Positions 10,783 to 24,135 of a stretch of DNA of 64,000 bases are shown piece by piece. A program made the translations under genes and the position numbers. The stretch is from Lama glama (lineage: Eukaryota). The notes beneath the pieces are model-generated. The model did not search any database. It was not told the origin of the DNA and worked only from the letters and a program-made list of their open reading frames with translations. The stretch spans positions 16,742,001-16,806,000 of the forward strand of contig CM052817.1 in NCBI GenBank assembly GCA_028534125.1, in the 5' to 3' direction. Within the stretch, counting starts at the first letter, position 1. Each line of letters begins with the position of its first letter.

Positions 10783-13700
10783 AAAGTAGGGGTGAGAGGA
10801 GAAAGCCCTTCAGACTTGGGAGTTCACTCCCCATGGGAAGTGCAGTTGCCTGGCAAGGGCAGCTCGCTGGAAGGCCTTGGCTCCCAGGGCCAGGGGTGGG
10901 GACAGAGCAGTCAGAGTGGGGCTGGACAGGGGCTCGGCAGCGGGGGCAGGTCTGACAGGGTCCCTGACAGACAGCTGGACCCAGCTTAGGAGCTGGGCTT
11001 GAATTTTCTTTCTATTAGACAACACTGGTCTAAATTGTGAGCAATGGTGTGTTAGTGTGGGGAGGTCAGAGACGTCTGGAGTAGTCAGGAAAATCAGACA
11101 AACCTCAAATCAGGTGATGGGGTGGGGGTAGGATGGCATCGTAAGCAGTTTCCTTTGATTGTTGTCTCTAATTTCCCTGTGAATAAAATAAACTGTCTTT
11201 CCTTTTCTCGTCTCGTCTTGTCTTCAGCCATTGCTCACTCATCACCCTCCACAGAATGAAATGGATTCAGCATCCTCACATGCTGATCACAGTGGAAACA
11301 CTGGCAGTCTTGCTGCAGATTCTGATCTACTCCTTCACCCTGGTTTCCTTCCCCGAAACACTCCTCATCCAGAAGGGAGCACCTCTGCCTTCTCTGACTT
11401 GGGCGTGTCTTCAGGGTTTCTTGAAAGGCTGACATCTGGGGTCTGCTGTCCGGTGTCCATGCCCCTCTTCTGGAAGCTGTGTGCTCTGTTCTTAGTCTGG
11501 GTTACCCTCCAAAAAGAGATCCCAAGGCAAGGATTTGGGTGCAAGTGAGTTTGAGGGGAGGAAATCCCAAAAAATTACTGCGAGAGAGTAGGGATGTGAG
11601 ACAGGGGAAAGATGAAAGCCAGTAAAGGGTGGATTGATAAGACCACCATAGGCAATGGGGCTCATTTCTGTGGGGGACACTGAGAAATGGTGCGGATCAC
11701 ATCTCATAGTGGTCCAACTAGGGATAAGCTGGGATACTTACTCACTAACTTTTACCTTGATTTTGAGGGTCAATTGTGCAATATTAACTCTGATATTTCT
11801 AGTTTGTTGAGTACACTCTGAGGGGAATAGTAAATGCCTCAGGCAGAAAGGCTAAGGGGAAATGGGCAGAGTACAGTGCTTGTTACACTTTAGAAGACAA
11901 GGAAGAGAAATGAAGACAAGTAAAATCCTTGATGATGGTTCTGATTTGCTGGATCAAGCCTTACCTGAAGCTGACATCTAGGCTTCTCATTTACCTACAC
12001 CAGTAAATTCCACATACTGTTTAAGCTGCTTTGAGTTAAGTTTTATGTTATTTGCAACATACTGATTCTTCATTCATTTCTTTCCTAACTTTGTTCCTGC
12101 AACAGAGAAGACTCCCTATGATTTCAAAACCAGGGCTGATGGGTAAGTTATGCCATCATTTCCTTCCTGAGATCAGAGTACAATTGTAAGTGAATGAGGA
12201 GCTGCCTGAGGTGGTGTCCACATTCTCTTGTGACCCAGCAGCCATTCCAGTGATGAAGATCACACTGGGGAACTCATGAACTCTCTCTCAACACAGTCAG
12301 CTCATATTCCAAACTGAATCCCACGTCCAGTGCATTGCTGCTTGTTCCAGAAAACTGAATTCACATCAAGAATTTTGCTTTTAAGCACAAAGGCTTAAAA
12401 GGTTTCTTTGGTGCTTCAGGAATTCTTACAGAACAATAAATGGAAAATAACTAAGGAGTTATTTATATACAGTATAAAATATTTATTTCCACAAATAATT
12501 TATGAAAAATAACTAAGGAAGAAGTTAGGAAAAGAAAGAAATTTCTCTTGAAATTCACATCATTTCACAAAGATTCACAGATGTGGGAGGACATCTGGGC
12601 TCCAGGAAGATTTAGCATAATACCTGAGGCTCCCCAAAAACCTGTATCCAGTATCTACTAATATCCTATCTCTAGTATCCAATCCTGGACCCACCAGCTT
12701 GGGTCAGTCAGTTCCTCCTCTCGGTTTTGCCTTTAAGGGTGAGTGGGCCGTTGAGAAAAGATACAGTTCCATTCCTGATAAGGCCACAAGGGGGAGCACC
12801 CAAAGATCCTCTGTGCCTGAAAGGAAATTGCAGTCCAGTCCATGGAAACTGACAAAGAAAACTTGATTAAGGTGTCTTCCGATAAAACTCAGCATCTTCT
12901 TGCTAACATGCCAAGAATAATCGCTGGATACTGTCAGTCCATTCAGCTCATCCTCCTGGGATTGGAGAAGCATTGTCCTGTTAAATCTAGGTCATTTGAT
13001 TTTGGACATCAGTTTATCTTGGGAAGTGCCCTTACATTTTACAGGGTGAATTTTGGAGCAACGAGATTAAAGATTCAGAAAGGGTAAAGTTAACACTGAG
13101 CCCTTGGCCTGGGAAACCGACAACTGTGCCAGAATAACTATTTACCGTTCTAAAGCTCTGATCCCCACTTCACAATTGTTTATGAAGAATGCCACCATCA
13201 CCTCCCTTCCCCACACTTGTCTGGATCTTTTCAACTCATATTTGAATTGTTTCTCTCTCTTTCCCTCTCTCTTTATTATTATTATCATTTTGCTAGGGAC
13301 TTTGGATCATTGTAAGATTGCGGGCAATGATAGACTATAATTAAGCTTAAGACAGATTTTTCTTTTAGGGAAGAGGAGAATCAGCTCTAGCTGAGACTCC
13401 AGATTGCTGGGGCTGTAATTTGCAGAGCCGTCACAAAGGGGTCCTTTCTCTGCAATGGTGTGCACAACGACGAGCACGGAGCTGCAGTTGGGGGGCACGT
13501 GCCTCTCCCCACGCTGTCTCTGGAGCGAGCAGAATGGACGCCTAAATAGCTGAGTATCGCTGGAGGCTGATTACAGGCCAGATCCTGCTATTGTGCCTCA
13601 TCAGTTGTCATTGTTGGGGCTGCAATTGCGCTGGGAAGCTTCCCTTAGTCGCCTGCTCCAAGCTGGTTTCTAGGACAGGAGAGAAACTGTGTGGGGAGCC

Positions 13701-14524
13701 TGAGACCGGGGTGGAGAGTTCTTCCGGTGTGTCGCCCAGGGAAGAGCTGGGAAGATCGTTGGAAGTGAAAGATGGACTGGCTTCAGCTGTGATGCCTGGA
13801 GCCTTGGTCTTGAGGTCTGGCTTCCAGACTTATGGATAATCGCTCACGACGAGGGTTAGAGTTGTGACTCTGCCCTCATCAGCTGTGTGAACTGAAGCAA
13901 GCAGCTTAATTTCTCTGGCCTTAGCTTTCTCATCTGTACAATGGGATAATAATACTTACTCTCCTATTCCCAAGGCAGATTTGAGGAACAATGGAAAGAA
14001 ATGTGCAGAGCCTGGAGATAGCTAGATGTAGACATACACAGATAGAGATTAAGGTAGATACACACATATAATCGGCACAGTAGATATGACAACTACCCAC
14101 ATAGATTATTGTGGGTATTGTGTGTGCACGTGTGTATGTGTGTGTAGTTTCTTGGTAATTGGGATCAGATTATAGAGGGTTTTATATGCCAGGAGATGAA
14201 GTCTGGACTTGATTGCCTAATAATAATAATGATGATGACAAACTTGCATTGAGTGCTTACTATGAGTCAGGCAATGCTCCGAGCACTTTCCATGCTTTAC
14301 AGCAGGGGTTCTTAGGAGGAGAATTCTTGGTACTTGGGCAGGACAGTTCTTCCTCCTCTTTGGGACCGTCCTGGACATTGTGTGATTGTCAAGATTCTTG
14401 CAGGACCCTCAGTCTCCCTGCCCACCATATATGGCTAGTGCGTCTTCAGTCCTATGACAGTCCAACCTCCTGCACTTCTTAAAATATCCAGTTGAGAACC
14501 TGTTTGCTGAAGCGTAGGCATGTA

Positions 14525-14830
14525 CTGCCCAGGTCGGAAGCTCCCAGCCACATGTGACTATGCGGTGCCTGAAATGAAGCTCATTCAAATTGAGATGTGC
14601 TGTGAGTGCAAAATCATACACACTGGATTTTGAAGACTTGGCCTGGGAAAAATTCCTGAAGATCTCATGAATTTTTAAAATATTGATTATATTATGAAAT
14701 GATAATATCTTGGATATATTGGGTGAAATAAAATATTTAAATTCATTTCAGCTGTTTTTTTTTTAATGTGGCTGCTAGAAAATGTTGAAGTAACGTATTT
14801 GTGGTTTGTGTTATATTTGTTTTGGGCTCT
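14525..14830. mobile_element. MER3-like hAT DNA transposon
   Basis: aaattgagatgtgctgtgagtgcaaaat..cacactggattttgaagactt...aatgtggctgctagaaaat. Confidence 0.75.
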
Positions 14831-14989
14831 GCTGGTTTGGATTGGGATGTTGTGGTGGGATTTTGAGCCATCCTGGTGTCAGAGCTGCTGGGGCAGACAC
14901 TGCTATGCCAGCCCAGCTGGTATCTGTGTTCTATTTCCTCTGTACCAACAATATCCTGATTGTGCTTAGAATGGCCTTGTGTTAAAATG

Positions 14990-15370
14990 CTCTTTTCCTT
15001 AGCTTCCCATGTAACCCAGTTCTTGTGTAAAAGGTACAAATGGGACTCTACCAGATGGGACATCTGGGAAAGCTATTATTAGCCAGAGAAAAAGAGGACT
15101 TAGCTGATATGTGCCTACTCTCCAATGCTCTTCCCCCTCTTTTCCTGCCTGGAATGCAGACACAATGTCTGGAGGTAGAGCAGCTTTCTTGGACCCATGA
15201 GGTTGACAGACACACTCTAAGAAAGAGAATGGTTCCTTGAGCAGCATCACCAGCCCAGCACTGCCCACCCCTGGACTTTTTGTGATGTGAGCAAACCAGA
15301 CACTTCTTTTGGACAGGCCCGTGCAGCTGGGTTTCTGCTACATGAGCTGAACATGAGCCTAACTGATTAT
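14990..15370 (+). mobile_element. Old MaLR LTR (MLT1K/L-like)
   Basis: ttcctgcctggaatgcaga...tggaggt..agcagc..tctt...cccatgagg...cctggactttttgtgatgtgag. Confidence 0.6.
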
Positions 15371-15999
15371 CATTATCACATTTTGAAGTCAATACAGTAG
15401 ATAGTTATCACATTTTCAGTCTGTTCCTAATGTTGGAGCATCCTTGTTATGTTTGAGGAAATTCTGAAGTTAAGAGATGGGCTTCCCCAAGGCAGAATTC
15501 AACACACAAATGCTCAGGCCCCTCCCAGCATGAGGCTCTTGCAGTCAGACTGATGTAAGGGAGACTTCAATTCAGAGAAACTGAAGAGGGTGGGTCTATG
15601 TATTGTGCTCCAGTAGCTGTGACTTGGTGATGGTGCTGCTTCTCCAGAGTCTCGTATTAAACTCCAGTTCTCCAAGAAAAGACACATGAGCCCTGGACTC
15701 CTCAGCAGGAGTGGCTGCTCTGAGATCAGATGCTTCCTTTGGACCTCTGTGACATGGACAAAATGCAAGACAACTTAGCATCTCCACCCATCTCATTGCC
15801 AGAGGCCACCACGATGCTGGGCTTTTTGAGTTGAAGTTAATGATGAGGAAACTAAGGCAAAAACCAAGCCTGTGTAGGGAAACATGACAAGTGAGGAGTT
15901 GTCAAACTTCAGTCTTCTGATCCAAATGAAGTGTGCCTTCTAGCTCAGCCCTCTGCCTTCAGCCTAAGAAAATATATATAGAGTTTGACAATGTGGATT

Positions 16000-16370
16000 C
16001 AAATCATTTTAACAATCACTTACCCTGCTGTGTGACCTTAGGCAGGTCACTTAACCTCTCTGAGCTTTGGTTTCCTCTTCTACAGAACCAGTCTCTTGAG
16101 CGCACAACCTGTGGTCACACAGGACCCCCTCTGCTTGGAAGGGCCCTCACTTTGTTCCATACTTGGCTGTCGCCATCTTGAAATTCCCAATTTTGAACAA
16201 AGGGCTCAGTATTTTTATTTTGCACTGGACTTTGTAAATGATGTAGTTAGTCCTGCTACTTTATAAAATGGGAATAGTATTAACCTCAAAGGTTTGCTGT
16301 GAGAATTAAATGAGAAAACAGCTCTTACGTGCTTAGCTGAGTGCCTGGAAATAGCATGTTCTCAGCAAAT
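16000..16370 (+). mobile_element. MIR interrupted by a MER91-like DNA transposon (~16090-16255)
   Basis: MIR halves (tgtgtgaccttaggcaggtcacttaacctctctgagc / taaaatgggaatagta) flank gtcacacaggacccc...gccatcttgaaattc...ttgcactgg. Confidence 0.65.
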
Positions 16371-16759
16371 GAAAACTATTCCGTGTCGGTGCAGGTTAAT
16401 TGTCTTGCAGCATCTTCCCTGGCAGGCTAAGCCACTCCCCGGCTCACCTCCATAGAGTCAGGGCCCATGTGGAGACAAATCTGACAGCCACTGCAGCATC
16501 AAGGAAGTGGGAAACCTTAGGCAACCAAAAATTCCCAGAGGTAGGATTTTGTTTCAGTTCTTTCCAAATGTAAGGGCACATTGAACTTCTATGACTTTGA
16601 TGCTGCAGATGGAATTTCCTAGAGAACTCCACGATGAGAAATCTAAGCCATGTGATTAGCCAGAAACACCACTGGCTCATAGCAGACGCTCTGAGCTGCC
16701 TTCCTCTTCTGGATGGCTGGCACCCATCTGTGCAAGAAAGAACTGAGGTTCGGGGACCA

Positions 16760-17215
16760 GACCCCTCCTGAATGCTCCTTAAAGCTCTCTGGATCTAGCC
16801 TCTTGTTCCAGCTGCTTCTATAGTGACCAGTTCCAAGCAGACCCTGACCAGCTTTGCCCAGGGGCAACAGGACGCATTGTGTGGGATCAGCCTTGGGAGG
16901 ACATACATTCCGATGCCATCATCTGGGGCACCCCCAGAGGCTGCCCAACCCAGAAGCGGGCAACAGGGAATGCCTACAAGGCTACCCTTAGCCAATGGGG
17001 GATGGCAGCTGATGGATAAATGCTTCCCTTCCATCCCCTCGGCAGGCAGCTCTGAAATACAGTTCACACGGCCACTTAGATGTTCCTAGTGGGACCCAGT
17101 AGCAGCCTCCATAGAATCAGGCAACTTGTCTTCTCCTCCTGCTGTCAGGGTCACAATGTCCCCGCAACAAAGCTTCTGTCTCAGGCTCTGCTCTCTGGGG
17201 ACCCAGGCTAAGACA
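16760..17215. mobile_element. ERVL LTR (LTR16-like)
   Basis: agccaatgggggatggcagctgatggataaatgcttccc...ctcaggctctgctctctggggacccaggctaagaca. Confidence 0.7.
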
Positions 17216-18011
17216 ATCCCCGTGACTCTCCTGAAATGAAATCTTTTCATAATAACTTACCTCCACACATATTTTAAAAAGTATATATATATGATGCTCT
17301 AACTGTATTTTAATGGAGAAATAAAAGGAAGTAATCAAAAATAAAATAAAATGGCTTTCAATTTGTATGTGTTCAGGCAAAACTCTACTAGAAGACCAAG
17401 GCAGCAGGGTGGATCTGGCCCCTTCGCGTGGATTCACCATGAACGTGACCTGGTGGGAAAAACTGAGAAGGAGGGTCGGGGGCCTGGTTCTGGGAGTCAG
17501 CTCTGCCATTAACCTCCTGTGTCATTCGAGTCCTCAGGGCATCCGTTTCCTCAAGGGTGAAATGTGGCGTTGAACTGTGTGCTCGTTAAGGACCACTTCT
17601 GCTCTATTTCTATACAGTCTTCTGATCTCCCGACCTTTTCTGAACACTTGTTTTCTTGCCTGGCCTTCCTCCCACTGTTAGATCAGCCACTGAGAGTTGA
17701 AATAGTAAAGTCAGTACTGAGGATCCAGATCTGCCAGGCACTGACAGAAGAGACAGATTCTGCCATTGTGAAATTTACATTTTGGGGGGAGATGGGGATG
17801 GGGGTGGGAAATAGGCAGCAAGTAAGCAACTAAACACGGAGCGTGCCTGATAGTAAGAGCAACGGAGAAACATAAAGCAGCTGTAGGGTTAGAGAATGTG
17901 GGGGTTAGGAGGCAAGGGAGGGTTGCCAATAAATAAACTCCTCACGACACTCATCCCAGAGTCATCTGCGAGGACCAGGTCTCCTGGAAACGGCTCGCAT
18001 TTGGAATGCCT

Positions 18012-19520
18012 GCTGCTCCAGTTACTAATGCTGCATAAAGAAAGGGCCCAAAATGTAGTGGCTTAAAACAATAATTATTTCATCATCTTGCATGTTTTCT
18101 GTTGTCTAGGAATTTGGGAAGTGCACAGCCAGGTGATCTGGGCTTGGAGTCTCTCCTGCAGTGCAGTCAGATGGGGGCTGGAGCAGCTGAGAGCCATGTG
18201 GACATCTGTCTGTCTTCGGAGGCTCAGAGTTTCTCCAGAGGGTCTCTCTGTCTGAGACAGTTTGAGCTTCCTCACAGCATGGAGGCCTCAGTGCAATCAG
18301 ACCCCTCATATGATGGCACTGGGGGTCCCAGCAAACCAGATAGACATTGTAACAACTTTTAGGGTAGACTTCCCCTAGGGGGGCCCCCGTGATTGTTGTG
18401 CCCTATTGTCTGTACTCTGTGTAATACTCTCTCCTTTAGGTAGTGGGAACTGTGACCTGATTCTAACCTATAGAATGTGGCCAATGCAACGGACTGTCAA
18501 CCCAATGATTAGGTTACATTATATGCAAAAATGTAAGGATTCTTTGAATGCAATTAAGGCCCCTAATCAGTTGACTTTGAGTTAATAGAAAAGGAGATGC
18601 TCCTGAATGCTCCTGACTTAATCACACGAACCCTCTAAAAGAAGGTCTAGACCATCTGAAAGTAAGAGACTCCCCAAAGCAGAGACTCTCTCTGCCCATT
18701 TCTTGCTGATATGGGCTGAACTGAGTTCTCTCTAAATTCATATGTTGAAGCCCTAAACCCCCACCCCCACCCCTACCCCACTCCCTATATCTCAGAATGT
18801 GACTATTTGAAGATAGGGCCTATAAATAAGGGATTAAGTTAAAACGAGATCATGAGAATGGTCCCTAATTCAATCCAATCAATGACCTTATGGGAAGAGG
18901 AAATTAGGACACACAAAGAGACACCCAGAATGCACATATACGGAGAAAGGACCATGTGATAACATAGCAAGAAGGCAGCCATCCCCTAGCCAAAGAGAGG
19001 ACCCAAACCTCAGAAGAAAACAAACTGGCCAACACCTCGATCTTGGACTTCCAGCCTCCAGAACTATGAAGAAATAATTTGTGTTGTTTAATCCACTGAT
19101 CAGTGGTGCTTTGTTATGACAACCTTAGCAAACTAATACACTTGCCTTAATGAAGTCACCTGCCATGAATTGCACAGTCACAAGGAAATAAATTCTGCCA
19201 AAATCCCGAAGGAGCTTGGAAGTAGCTCCTTCCCTAACTGAGCTTCCAGACAAGAACACAGCCCAGCCAATGCCTTGATTCCATTCTTGCAAGACCCTGA
19301 GCAGAGAATCTAGCTAAGCTGTGTCTGGACTTTTGATCCACAGAGAGTGTGAGACAATAATGAATGTTGTGATAAGCCACTACATTTGTGGCAATTTATT
19401 ATGTAACACAGAAACTTAACCCATCTTTTATGATCCAGCCTTGGAAGTCCCAGCACCACTTCTGCTGCATTTCATTAGGTACAAGTGAGCCAGAAGCCCA
19501 CCCAGATTCAAACACTGGAA
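18012..19520. mobile_element. Three-level nested MaLR LTRs (minus MLT1G/H-like > plus MLT1E-like > plus MLT1A/B-like at 18707-19140)
   Basis: The inner LTR runs TG...CA with a 5-bp TSD CTTGC (18702-18706, 19141-19145); both outer elements resume on the other side. Confidence 0.8.
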
Positions 19521-21267
19521 TGGAAGTTATTCCTGGGGCCAAATCTGGAAAATACAGCCTATGTCTCCTGTATAATTGAATTTTAATTTGTGGCTCATCA
19601 TTGAAACTGTAGCTTGCTTTCTGCATCTATGTCGTTTTAATTTACACTGCAGTTTTCTCCAACTGGTCTTCACCCAGGCTTCTGTGGAGGACTGTTTGAG
19701 CCCCTCTGGAGGACATCTGTCTGTTCCTTTGAGGACCCCCTCCCTGCAACATACATAATACCCACATAGATTATAAGACACGCTTTTCCAAATACTCGGC
19801 CCACATTTTACGACTCTTCAATTAGACGTTTTCTCATGGTGCCTTAGTGGATAGAAACATTGATTTATTTTCATAGATTTTCCTTCATCCCACCTTTGCT
19901 GGTCCTGGTGGCTGGTTCCATGGGTCAAGTCTGGGGAAGCATGAGTGTGGTGAGCAGACAGGGAGTGTGTGTCTCAAAACCTTGTAAAGCGGTCCCTGAT
20001 GTAGGTTCTCAGGAGGGCAGAGCGGCTGTGGGAAGCCCCCAGTCTGGGCTTGCACTGTACCTGAGGGCATAACAAAACCCCCATCCCAGGTGCCCCCCGC
20101 TAGGAAGGACCCTGGAGGACGCACAGGCCAAACGGACATCCGGGCTCGTTTCCCTTCGACAACATCTCCACCTAGTGGGCCTGCTGGAGTGCTTCTCCGG
20201 CGGGGACAATAACAACTCTCAGTTGCCCCGGGGAAGGGGAGAACAGGAGCTATCTGGGAGAAAGAGGCCATTCATCAGCTTGAGTCTCTGAGCTGCCTTC
20301 TTCCTTGACCTCTTTAGCAAGCTGATTGTCTTCACAGCCAGGCACTGTCAAAAGAAAAGGATTTTCTAAATTCCTCTAGTTTTATTATATAGTGGAGCTT
20401 GGCTGACTAGAACAGAGTTGTACAGGGAGACAAAGGAGAAGGAAGCCATGGTATGAGGCCGAGAAAATGGGAAGTGCATTTCTTCTACCTCAGCAGGCTG
20501 TGGGAGGGAGAGGAGGGAGACAAGGGAAGCAGAAGGACCAGCCAAGGTCCTGGATGAGGGAGGTGTGTGGCAGAGATCAAGGTCAGGGCCAAGAACGCAG
20601 CAAAGCCAGTGACTCACTTCCCCACGTGTCCCCGTGGAAGCTGCAGGCCTGAGAGAAGCCCCTCCATCCCCCCCACTCCCCTCCAGCGACTTCTCCCCTT
20701 CTCCCAACACGGCGTGAGGGGAGGGACAGAAACCCTGCAGGGGCAGCTTCTAAACCTGTGGGATCTCAACATTTACACACCCTCGTGAGCAGAGCTGCAG
20801 AAGCTGAGCGGGCTGGCAGAGCGGCCTGCCAGGAAGACAAAGAGGCCACGGATCTTTTATTAGGATCCCATTCTGTAGATGAGGGAATTTGCCCAAGGTC
20901 ACTTTAAATATGAGACTAGTTAAACTGCTGGATTAGACTGAGTTTACCAGATTGGCCTACATTTAGTCTACTCCTTACCCAGTGGGATGGGATCCATTAA
21001 AAAAAATATTAGGTCAATTAGAGGGAAAATACATTAGCTTATCTTTTTGCTTATTTGAGTGGCATGCAAGTCAACTTACAACTTAACTTCAATTCTTAGC
21101 CTGGCCTATCAAAGGTGCTATTTGGTCTGAACTTGAGAGCCAGACAGTTCCAGGTCTGATCTCCAGCTGAGCTACTCATTAGCTATTTGACTTTGCACAA
21201 CTTCCTTAACCCACCAGAGCTTCAGTTTCTTCACACGTAAAGTGATGATCACAGTGTATATTGTTCA

Positions 21268-21490
21268 GACCAGAGGCCAGCAAACATTTTCTATAAAAGG
21301 CCAGAGAGTAACTGTTTTAGGCTTTTCAGGTCGTGGATTCTCTGTTGCAACTATTCAACTCTGGGACTGAAGCAGCAGAGCAGCCACGGGTGACATGTAA
21401 ATGGTGAGTGTGGCTGAGCTCTAATAAAACTTAATTCGTAAAATCAGACAGAGAGCCAGATTTGGCCCAAAAGTCTTAGCTTGCTGGCCC
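21268..21490. mobile_element. MER58A-like DNA transposon
   Basis: cagcaaacattttctataaaaggccagagagtaactgttttaggcttt...caactattcaactctg...aataaaactt...ccagatttggccc. Confidence 0.8.
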
Positions 21491-22667
21491 CTGGGTAAGA
21501 ACATAGGCTCCCCGATAGCAAAGAGACCCCAAGACGCAGAGTCTTGGGTAAGACAGAACCCATTTCCCCTGTTAACAGTCTGGAGGCTGATGGGACCATT
21601 CAGGATCCTGGTTCTCTCCAGCCTTTGATCCTCATCCCTAAGGAATATTCTAGGAGTGGCTGGAGCCAAGAGAGCAAGCAGCATAAGGTAGAAGAGGAGG
21701 TCAGGGAGGTTGTGTGTGAGAGAGAGAGAGACAGTGGGAGACAGGGTGGAGAGAAGGGTTTAGGGTCTTGCAGGCCATTGTGGGGACGTGGCTTTTGCTC
21801 TCTGAATGATAGCAAGCCCTGACTTTTCTTGGAGCCACCTGATCTGACTTACATTTTAACAGGATCCCTCCAGCCACTATGTGGAGAACAGACTAGGGGG
21901 AGTCAGTGAAGCAGCAGCGGGGACCAGGGAGGTGGCTGTTGCAATCATCAAGGCAAGGGACAGCAGTGGCGTGAAGCAGGGCAGATGTGGTCAGACACCG
22001 GGCAGATTTTGAAATGGGAATGTGCTTTTATTTTTTCCTGCTGAGAAGATTCATAACTTCATACAGCTTATCCAAAGTTGACTCCCCAAAAGATTACAAA
22101 GCACATGTGTCGTCCTGTCACATTTGGGATATGACCACAGGCCTCTAGGAACCACTTTATTTCTGAGCATCATTACAGCAAAGAGCTCCACACTAGCGGG
22201 CACTGTATTTTGTTAGACTGTGAATCACCCAGTGCTTAACACCGAGTCCGACCCACAGCAGGTCCTTAACAAACACTTGCTGAATGGATGAATGAACTTC
22301 CCCAACAAACTGCAAAAATGTACATTGTGTAAGAAATAACACAGAGTCTGCCAACAAGCCAAGCCTGTGTGCAACCGTCCATGCAGATGCCAGCTTTTGC
22401 TTTCAAGCTCCTACTATGGGAGGCTGAGAACAAGAGCATCAGGGAGAGATGGAGGCACCGGCACCACCAGCGACCCCCAGCCCGAGGTTCCACAGCCTCC
22501 CTGGCCTCCTGGTTGTGCTTCAGTAAATCACAAGGCCGTGGACTTTGTCATCCTAATTACCTGGTTTAAGCTGCAAATTCCACAGGGCTGCCATGTTCAT
22601 AATCTTCTACCCCAAAGACAAAGCACAGCAGGAAAGCACTGGGTCTACAACCTTTGGGCAGGACAAG

Positions 22668-23060
22668 CTGTAATGGTTAACTTTATGTTGTATCAATGCG
22701 CCTGGGCCAGAGGGTGCCCAGATGGATGGTTAGATATTATCTGGAGGTGTTGCCGAGTGAGATTAACACGTGATGAACTAGACTGAGTAAAGCAGGTCTT
22801 TGGGGGTGGGGGCCCGTCCTGCCCACTGAAGGCCTGGCTAGGGAGAGAGACTGAGCCAGAGAGAATTCACTCTCTCCGCCTGATGGTCTTGGGTCTTCTC
22901 CAGCCTTCAGACTTGGACCGGAATTTACACCAACAACTCTCCTGGTTCTTAGGGCTTCAGTTCTTGGGCGTTTCCAGCCTTCATAATCAACTGAGCCAAT
23001 TTCTTATAATAAGTCTATCTATCGAGCTATCTATTCTATTTCTCTGGACTGCACTTCCCA
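22668..23060 (+). mobile_element. ERVL LTR (MLT2-like)
   Basis: tgtaatggttaactttatgt...gggtgcccagat...agactgagtaaagcag...gagccaatttcttataata. Confidence 0.8.
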
Positions 23061-23939
23061 TCTAAAACACAAGGCTGTTGGATTAAGAGGCCCCCTAAGG
23101 ATTTCAGCCCACGTGAACCATGTCTGTGGATGCAGACCAGAAGGCTGACTAGCAGGCAGCACAGGACAGGGGCCCACGTCTGCGGCTTTGATGGGTAAGT
23201 GAGATGCAAGAGATCCCACAGTGAACAGCAGGAAAAGCTGATCCTGGGGAGTCCTTGCTGCGGGGAGGACTGGGGACCAGGATGACTTCTCCAAACTGTC
23301 ACATCACCCACACAGCACCCTTTGTGTGCCCCGACTCCAAACCTACACATGCAGGCTTTACTTAGAATGGAGTTACAGAAGAAACATGGACTTTGGAGCC
23401 AAACACTGTCGATCAGCAGTTGGGACCTACAAAGCCACAGCTCTTTCATATTTGTGAATTAAAGCAGGAAAGTAGCACAGTGGAGAGAGCATTCTTTGAT
23501 GTCATATTTTCCTGGGTTTAAAGCCGCGCTTTTCCACCTGCTGGCTGTGTGACTTCAGACAAGTTCTTTAACCTTTCTGTGCCTCTGTTGCTCCATCTAT
23601 GAAATGGGAATGATGACTGGACTGGTTTTACACAATTTAAGAGAGAAAATAGCCATAAAGTTTTCTGAATAGCACCTGGCACTGAGCAAGTGCCTTAAGG
23701 GTTAGGTGTAATGAGCATTTTCTGTGTGATTTGGGGCAAATGACATGAGCTGTTTGGGTCTCAGCTTCTTCATAGTATTGACCCAGCCCACTGGCTATGA
23801 GGATGAGATGCAAAACTGTATACATGATGTAAACTATCCAGACATACAAACTAAAGTGAGAGTGGGGGTGCTTCTCTCCAGCTGCACTTGGAGTGTCTTG
23901 AAGACAGTGCAGTGCAGGGGTTAAAAGTGTGGATTCTGG

Positions 23940-24135
23940 ATTAGGGCTGCCAGATTTAGCAAACAAAATTTGCTAAAATTTTGTTATATCCATTCAATTT
24001 GAATTTCAGAAAAACAAGGACTAATTTTTTAGCATAAGTGTATCCCATGTAATATTTGGGATATCCTTACACTAGAAAAATCTATTGTTATCTGAAATTC
24101 AAATTTAACTGGGCATTGTGTGTTTTTAACCCTAT
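23940..24135. mobile_element. MER33-like DNA transposon within a MIR
   Basis: tagggctgccagatttagcaaacaaaa...tttgaatttcaga...tatctgaaattcaaatttaactggg. Confidence 0.75.
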
